Positions 55,631 through 64,000 of a DNA stretch of 64,000 nt are shown here, piece after piece. A model generated the notes under the pieces. It was not told the origin of the DNA. It did no database searches and saw only the letters and a program-made list of their open reading frames with translations. A program made the position numbers and the translations under genes. Position 1 is the first letter of the stretch; every line of letters starts with the position of its first letter. The DNA comes from Auanema rhodensis. Its lineage: Eukaryota > Animalia > Nematoda. The stretch lies in contig CAXKVF010000074.1 in assembly GCA_964057225.1 (NCBI GenBank), forward strand, positions 62,001 to 126,000, read 5' to 3'.

Positions 55631-58447
55631 CTAATTAAATGTACACGTGATGTGCACTTGGTATGTAACTCGCTTCACGTGAAAGATAAAGAAATGCGGT
55701 TTTCAAAATTAGATTCCCCATGTCCATATTAGTCTAAAAAGAAATTTTTATTGATATTGGTGCATGGTAACCATGACTTTGAAATTTACGTGAACTTTAA
55801 TTTATGCTAATTAAATGTACACGTGATGTGCACTTGGTATGTAACTTGCTTCACGTGAAAGATAAAGAGATGCGGTTTTCAAAATTAGATTCCCCATGTC
55901 CATATTAGTCTAAAAACAAATTTTTATTGATATTGGTTCATGGTAACCATGACTTTGAATTTTACGTGAACTTTAATTTATGCTAATTAAATGTACACGT
56001 GATGTGCACTTGGTATGTAACTCGCTTCACGTAAAAGATAAAGAGATGCGGTTTTCAAAATTAGATTCCCCATGTCCATATTAGTCTAAAAACAAATTTT
56101 TATTGATATTGCTTCATGGTAACCATGACTTTGAAATTTACGTGAACTTTAATTTATGCTAATTAAATGTACACGTGATGTGCACTTGGTATGTAACTCG
56201 CTTCACGTGAAAGATAAAGAGATGCGGTTTTCAAAATTAGATTCCCCATGTCCATATTAGTCTAAAAACAAATTTTTATTGATATTGGTTCATGGTAACC
56301 ATGACTTTGAAATTTACGTGAACTTTAATTTATGCTAATTAAATGTACACGTGATGTGCACTTGGTATGTAACTCGCTTCACGTGAAAGATAAAGAGATG
56401 CGGTTTTCAAAATTAGATTCCCCATGTCCATATTAGTCTAAAAACAAATTTTTATTGATATTGGTGCATGGTAACCATGACTTTGAAATTTACGTGAACT
56501 TTAATTTATGCTAATTAAATGTACACGTGATGTGCACTTGGTATTTAACTCGCTTCAGGTGAAAGATAAAGAGATGCGGTTTTCAAAATTAGATTCCCCC
56601 TGTCCATATTAGTCTAAAAACAAATTTTTATTGATATTGCTTCATGGTAACCATGACTTTGAAATTTACGTGAACTTTAATTTATGCTAATTAAATGTAC
56701 ACGTGATGTGCACTTGGTATGTAACTCGCTTCACGTGAAAGATGAAGAGATGCGGTTTTCAAAATTAGATTCCCCATGTCCATATTAGTCTAAAAACAAA
56801 TTTTTATTGATATTGGTTCATGGTAACCATGACTTTGAAATTTACGTGAACTTTAATTTATGCTAATTAAATGTACACGTGATGTGCACTTGGTATGTAA
56901 CTCGCTTCACGTGAAAGATAAAGAGATGCGGTTTTCAAAATTAGAATCCCCATGTCCATATTAGTCTAAAAACAAATTTTTATTGATATTGCTTCATGGT
57001 AACCATGACTTTGAAATTTACGTGAACTTTAATTTATGCTTATTTAATTGTACACGTGATGTGCACTTGGTATTTAACTCGCTTCAGGTGAAAGATAAAG
57101 AGATGCGGTTTTCAAAATTAGATTCCCCATGTCCATATTAGTCTAAAAACAAATTTTTATTGATATTGGTTCATGGTAACCATGACTTTGAATTTTACGT
57201 GAACTTTAATTTATGCTAATTAAATGTACACGTGATGTGCACTTGGTATGTAACTCGCTTCACGTGAAAGATAAAGAAATGCGGTTTTCAAAATTAGATT
57301 CCCCATGTCCATATTAGTCTAAAAACAAATTTTTATTGATATTGGTTCATGGTAACCATGACTTTGAAATTTACGTGAACTTTAATTTATGCTAATTAAA
57401 TGTACACGTGATGTGCACTTGGTATGTAACTCGCTTCACGTGAAAGATAAAGAGATGCGGTTTTCAAAATTAGATTCCCCATGTCCATATTAGTCTAAAA
57501 ACAAATTTTTATTGATATTGGTGCATGGTAACCATGACTTTGAAATTTACGTGAACTTTAATTTATGCTAATTAAATGTACACGTGATGTGCACTTGGTA
57601 TGTAACTCGCTTCACGTGAAAGATGAAGAGATGCGGTTTTCAAAATTAGATTCCCCATGTCCATATTAGTCTAAAAACAAATTTTTATTGATATTGCTTC
57701 ATGGTAACCATGACTTTGAAATTTACGTGAACTTTAATTTATGCTAATTAAATGTACACGTGATGTGCACTTGGTATGTAACTCGCTTCACGTGAAAGAT
57801 AAAGAGATGCGGTTTTCAAAATTAGATTCCCCATGTCCATATTAGTCTAAAAACAAATTTTTATTGATATTGGTTCATGGTAACCATGACTTTGAAATTT
57901 ACGTGAACTTTAATTTATGCTAATTAAATGTACACGTGATGTGCACTTGGTATGTAACTCGCTTCACGTGAAAGATGAAGAGATGCGGTTTTCAAAATTA
58001 GATTCCCCATGTCCATATTAGTCTAAAAACAAATTTTTATTGATATTGGTTCATGGTAACCATGACTTTGAAATTTACGTGAACTTTAATTTATGCTAAT
58101 TAAATGTACACGTGATGTGCACTTGGTATGTAACTCGCTTCACGTGAAAGATAAAGAGATGCGGTTTTCAAAATTAGATTCCCCATGTCCATATTAGTCT
58201 AAAAACAAATTTTTATTGATATTGGTTCATGGTAACCATGACTTTGAAATTTACGTGAACTTTAATTTATGCTAATTAAATGTACACGTGATGTGCACTT
58301 GGTATGTAACTCGCTTCACGTGAAAGATAAAGAGATGCGGTTTTCAAAATTAGATTCCCCCTGTCCATATTAGTCTAAAAACAAATTTTTATTGATATTG
58401 CTTCATGGTAACCATGACTTTGAAATTTACGTGAACTTTAATTTATG
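51759..58447. repeat. Copy 2 of the ~6.5-kb duplicated block (38 monomers)
   Basis: Same marker order as 40847-47358, except at 54047-54398 and 56511-57038 and a few private SNVs. Confidence 0.85.
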
Positions 58448-59855
58448 CTAATTAAATGTACACGTGATGTGCACTTGGTATGTAACTCGTTTCACGTGAA
58501 AGATGAAGAGATGCGGTTTTCAAAATTAGATTCCCCATGTCCATATTAGTCTAAAAACAAATTTTTATTGATATTGGTTCATGGTAACCATGACTTTGAA
58601 ATTTACGTGAACTTTAATTTATGCTAATTAAATGTACACGTGATGTGCACTTGGTATGTAACTCGCTTCACGTGAAAGATAAAGAGATGCGGTTTTCAAA
58701 ATTAGATTCCCCATGTCCATATTAGTCTAAAAACAAATTTTTATTGATATTGGTTCATGGTAACCATGACTTTGAAATTTACGTGAACTTTAATTTATGC
58801 TAATTAAATGTACACGTGATGTGCACTTGGTATGTAACTCGCTTCACGTGAAAGATAAAGAGATGCGGTTTTCAAAATTAGATTCCCCCTGTCCATATTA
58901 GTCTAAAAACGAATTTTTATTGATATTGCTTCATGGTAACCATGACTTTGAAATTTACGTGAACTTTAATTTATGCTAATTAAATGTACACGTGATGTGC
59001 ACTTGGTATGTAACTCGCTTCACGTGAAAGACAAAGAGATGCGGTTTTCAAAATTAGATTCCCCATGTCCATATTAGTCTAAAAACAAATTTTTATTGAT
59101 ATTGCTTCATGGTAACCATGACTTTGAAATTTACGTGAACTTTAATTTATGCTAATTAAATGTACACGTGATGTGCACTTGGTATGTAACTCGCTTCACG
59201 TGAAAGATAAAGAGATGCGGTTTTCAAAATTAGATTTCCCATGTCCATATTAGTCTAAAAACAAATTTTTATTGATATTGGTTCATGGTAACCATAACTT
59301 TGAATTTTACGTGAACTTTAATTTATGCTAATTAAATGTACACGTGATGTGCACTTGGTATGTAACTCGCTTCACGTGAAAGAAAAAGAGATGCGGTTTT
59401 CAAAATTAGATTCCCCATGTCCATATTAGTCTAAAAACAAATTTTTATTGATATTGGTTCATGGTAACCATGACTTTGAAATTTACGTGAACTTTAATTT
59501 ATGCTAATTAAATGTACACGTGATGTGCACTTGGTATGTAACTCGCTTCACGTGAAAGATAAAGAGATGCGGTTTTCAAAATTAGATTCCCCATGTCCAT
59601 ATTAGTCTAAAAACAAATTTTTATTGATATTGGTTCATGGTAACCATGACTTTGAAATTTACGTGAACTTTAATTTATGCTAATTAAATGTACACGTGAT
59701 GTGCACTTGGTATGTAACTCGCTTCACGTGAAAGATAAAAAGATGCGGTTTTCAAAAATAGATTCCCCATGTCCATATTAGTCTAAAAACAAATTTTTAT
59801 TGATATTGGTGCATGGTAACCATGACTTTGAAATTTACGTGAACTTTAATTTATG

Positions 59856-62800
59856 CTAATTAAATGTACACGTGATGTGCACTTGGTATGTAACTCGCTT
59901 CTCGTGAAAGATAAAGAGATGCGGTTTTCAAAATTAGATTCCCCATGTCCATATTAGTCTAAAAACAAATTTTTATTGATATTGGTTCATGGTAACCATG
60001 ACTTTGAAATTTACGTGAACTTTAATTTATGCTAATTAAATGTACACGTGATGTGCACTTGGTATGTAACTCGCTTCACGTGAAAGATAAAGAGATGCGG
60101 TTTTCAAAATTAGATTCCCCATGTCCATATTAGTCTAAAAACAAATTTTTATTGATATTGGTGCATGGTAACCATGACTTTGAAATTTACGTGAACTTTA
60201 ATTTATGCTAATTAAATGTACACGTGATGTGCACTTGGTATGTAACTCGCTTCACGTGAAAGATGAAGAGATGCGGTTTTCAAAATTAGATTCCCCATGT
60301 CCATATTAGTCTAAAAACAAATTTTTATTGATATTGGTGCATGGTAACCATGACTTTGAAATTTACGTGAACTTTAATTTATGCTAATTAAATGTACACG
60401 TGATGTGCACTTGGTATGCAACTCGCTTCACGTGAAAGATAAAGAGATGCGGTTTTCAAAATTAGATTCCCCATGTCCATATTAGTCTAAAAACAAATTT
60501 TTATTGATATTGGTGCATGGTAACCATGACTTTGAAATTTACGTGAACTTTAATTTATGCTAATTAAATGTACACGTGATGTGCACTTGGTATGTAACTC
60601 GCTTCACGTGAAAGATGAAGAGATGCGGTTTTCAAAATTAGATTCCCCATGTCCATATTAGTCTAAAAACAAATTTTTATTGATATTGGTGCATGGTAAC
60701 CATGACTTTGAAATTTACGTGAACTTCAATTTATGCTAATTAAATGTACACGTGATGTGCACTTGGTATGTAACTCGCTTCACGTGAAAGATGAAGAGAT
60801 GCGGTTTTCAAAATTAGATTCCCCATGTCCATATTAGTCTAAAAACAAATTTTTATTGATATTGGTTCATGGTAACCATGACTTTGAAATTTACGTGAAC
60901 TTTAATTAATGCTAATTAAATGTACACGTGATGTGCACTTGGTATGTAACTCGCTTCACGTGAAAGATGAAGAGATGCGGTTTTCAAAATTAGATTCCCC
61001 ATGTCCATATTAGTCTAAAAACAAATTTTTATTGATATTGGTTCATGGTAACCATGACTTTGAAATTTACGTGAACTTTAATTTATGCTAATTAAATGTA
61101 CACGTGATGTGCACTTGGTATGTAACTCGTTTCACGTGAAAGATAAAGAGATGCGGTTTTCAAAATTAGATTCCCCATGTCCATATTAGTCTAAAAACAA
61201 ATTTTTATCGATATTGGTGCATGGTAACCATGACTTTGAAATTTACGTGAACTTCAATTTATGCTAATTAAATGTACACGTGATGTGCACTTGGTATGTA
61301 ACTCGCTTCACGTGAAAGATGAAGAGATGCGGTTTTCAAAATTAGATTCCCCATGTCCATATTAGTCTAAAAACAAATTTTTATTGATATTGGTTCATGG
61401 TAACCATGACTTTGAAATTTACGTGAACTTTAATTAATGCTAATTAAATGTACACGTGATGTGCACTTGGTATGTAACTCGCTTCACGTGAAAGATGAAG
61501 AGATGCGGTTTTCAAAATTAGATTCCCCATGTCCATATTAGTCTAAAAACAAATTTTTATTGATATTGGTTCATGGTAACCATGACTTTGAAATTTACGT
61601 GAACTTTAATTTATGCTAATTAAATGTACACGTGATGTGCACTTGGTATGTAACTCGTTTCACGTGAAAGATAAAGAGATGCGGTTTTCAAAATTAGATT
61701 CCCCATGTCCATATTAGTCTAAAAACAAATTTTTATTGATATTGGTACATGGTAACCATGACTTTGAAATTTACGTGAACTTTAATTTATGCTAATTAAA
61801 TGTACACTTGATGTGCACTTGGTATGTAACTCGCTTCACGTGAAAGATAAAGAGATGCGGTTTTCAAAATTAGATTCCCCATGTCCATATTAGTCTAAAA
61901 ACAAATTTTTATTGATATTGGTTCATGGTAACCATGACTTTGAAATTTACGTGAACTTTAATTTATGCTAATTAAATGTACACGTGATGTGCACTTGGTA
62001 TGTAACTCGCTTCACGTGAAAGATAAAGAAATGCGGTTTTCAAAATTAGATTCCCCATGTCCATATTAGTCTAAAAACAAATTTTTATTGATATTGGTGC
62101 ATGGTAACCATGACTTTGAAATTTACGTGAACTTTAATTTATGCTAATTAAATGTACACGTGATGTGCACTTGGTATGTAACTCGCTTCACGTGAAAGAT
62201 GAAGAGATGCGGTTTTCAAAATTAGATTCCCCATGTCCATATTAGTCTAAAAACAAATTTTTATTGATATTGGTTCATGGTAACCATGACTTTGAAATTT
62301 ACGTGAACTTTAATTTATGCTAATTAAATGTACACGTGATGTGCACTTGGTATGTAACTCGCTTCACGTGAAAGATGAAGAGATGCGGTTTTCAAAATTA
62401 GATTCCCCATGTCCATATTAGTCTAAAAACAAATTTTTATTGATATTGGTGCATGGTAACCATGACTTTGAAATTTACGTGAACTTTAATTTATGCTAAT
62501 TAAATGTACACGTGATGTGCACTTGGTATGTAACTCGCTTCTCGTGAAAGATAAAGAGATGCGGTTTTCAAAATTAGATTCCCCATGTCCATATTAGTCT
62601 AAAAACAAATTTTTATTGATATTGGTTCATGGTAACCATGACTTTGAAATTTACGTGAACTTTAATTTATGCTAATTAAATGTACACGTGATGTGCACTT
62701 GGTATGTAACTCGCTTCACGTGAAAGATAAAGAGATGCGGTTTTCAAAATTAGATTCCCCATGTCCATATTAGTCTAAAAACAAATTTTTATTGATATTG

Positions 62801-64000
62801 GTGCATGGTAACCATGACTTTGAAATTTACGTGAACTTTAATTTATGCTAATTAAATGTACACGTGATGTGCACTTGGTATGTAACTCGCTTCACGTGAA
62901 AGATGAAGAGATGCGGTTTTCAAAATTAGATTCCCCATGTCCATATTAGTCTAAAAACAAATTTTTATTGATATTGGTGCATGGTAACCATGACTTTGAA
63001 ATTTACGTGAACTTTAATTTATGCTAATTAAATGTACACGTGATGTGCACTTGGTATGCAACTCGCTTCACGTGAAAGATAAAGAGATGCGGTTTTCAAA
63101 ATTAGATTCCCCATGTCCATATTAGTCTAAAAACAAATTTTTATTGATATTGGTGCATGGTAACCATGACTTTGAAATTTACGTGAACTTTAATTTATGC
63201 TAATTAAATGTACACGTGATGTGCACTTGGTATGTAACTCGCTTCACGTGAAAGATGAAGAGATGCTGTTTTCAAAATTAGATTCCCCATGTCCATATTA
63301 GTCTAAAAACAAATTTTTATTGATATTGGTGCATGGTAACCATGACTTTGAAATTTACGTGAACTTCAATTTATGCTAATTAAATGTACACGTGATGTGC
63401 ACTTGGTATGTAACTCGCTTCACGTGAAAGATGAAGAGATGCGGTTTTCAAAATTAGATTCCCCATGTCCATATTAGTCTAAAAACAAATTTTTATTGAT
63501 ATTGGTTCATGGTAACCATGACTTTGAAATTTACGTGAACTTTAATTAATGCTAATTAAATGTACACGTGATGTGCACTTGGTATGTAACTCGCTTCACG
63601 TGAAAGATGAAGAGATGCGGTTTTCAAAATTAGATTCCCCATGTCCATATTAGTCTAAAAACAAATTTTTATTGATATTGGTTCATGGTAACCATGACTT
63701 TGAAATTTACGTGAACTTTAATTTATGCTAATTAAATGTACACGTGATGTGCACTTGGTATGTAACTCGTTTCACGTGAAAGATAAAGAGATGCGGTTTT
63801 CAAAATTAGATTCCCCATGTCCATATTAGTCTAAAAACAAATTTTTATCGATATTGGTGCATGGTAACCATGACTTTGAAATTTACGTGAACTTCAATTT
63901 ATGCTAATTAAATGTACACGTGATGTGCACTTGGTATGTAACTCGCTTCACGTGAAAGATGAAGAGATGCGGTTTTCAAAATTAGATTCCCCATGTCCAT
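59856..64000. repeat. 15-monomer (2640-bp) HOR; second copy truncated by the window end
   Basis: A47T (59856/62496), T36C (60384/63024), A58G+T168C (60560/63200), T173A (60736/63376) and C43T+T122C+T168C (61088/63728) all recur at an offset of 2640 bp. Confidence 0.92.

Larger units (their letters stand above)
1..64000. repeat. 176-bp tandem satellite DNA array, ~363.5 monomers, putative centromeric/heterochromatic satellite (family and species not identified)
   Basis: Monomer CTAATTAAATGTACACGTGATGTGCACTTGGTATGTAACTCGCTTCACGTGAAAGATAAAGAGATGCGGTTTTCAAAATTAGATTCCCCATGTCCATATTAGTCTAAAAACAAATTTTTATTGATATTGGTKCATGGTAACCATGACTTTGAAATTTACGTGAACTTTAATTTATG recurs at 1, 177, 353... The last (partial) copy starts at 63904, i.e. 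363 x 176 plus a net +15 bp of small indels. 57/176 GC. The centromeric role is inference from size and homogeneity only. Confidence 0.99.

Noticed and set aside
40143-55806. HOR spacings 13, 5, 8, 21 resembling a numeric code
   Set aside because: Sums and differences of unit lengths arise naturally from unequal exchange between related HORs, and there is no evidence of encoded information.
1-64000. CRISPR array or other repeat-spacer system
   Set aside because: No unique spacers: the entire 176 bp repeats, and there are no cas or other genes.
1-64000. Wholly artefactual or synthetic concatemer
   Set aside because: Hierarchically shared variants and domain structure indicate real evolutionary history, although individual duplications still need read-level validation.

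Overview
The whole 64 kb window is one uninterrupted, head-to-tail, single-orientation satellite array. The monomer is 176 bp and about 32% GC. There are 363 complete copies plus a 97-bp partial copy, and the array runs off both ends. Most monomers differ from the consensus at 0-3 positions. No genes, RNA genes, transposon insertions, large inversions or CRISPR spacers are visible. Monomer size, AT content and homogeneity fit a eukaryotic centromeric, pericentromeric or other heterochromatic satellite, but I cannot assign a species or named family. I typed every monomer by eye (positions below are numbered within the monomer starting CTAATTAAATG, and counts are manual). This shows (i) nested higher-order repeats of 3, 4, 5, 11-12, 13/15, 15 and 26/30 monomers plus a ~6.5-kb block duplicated ~10.9 kb away; (ii) a layered structure in which a T132 subfamily occupies ~32-59.7 kb between two flanks richer in G132/A58G/T168C; and (iii) a monomer rich in dyads and three evenly spaced ACGTGA (E-box/G-box/CDEI-like) motifs, where several variants look like palindrome-templated mutations. 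I see no evidence for a protein- or RNA-encoded novel system. The most interesting signals are structural and evolutionary.
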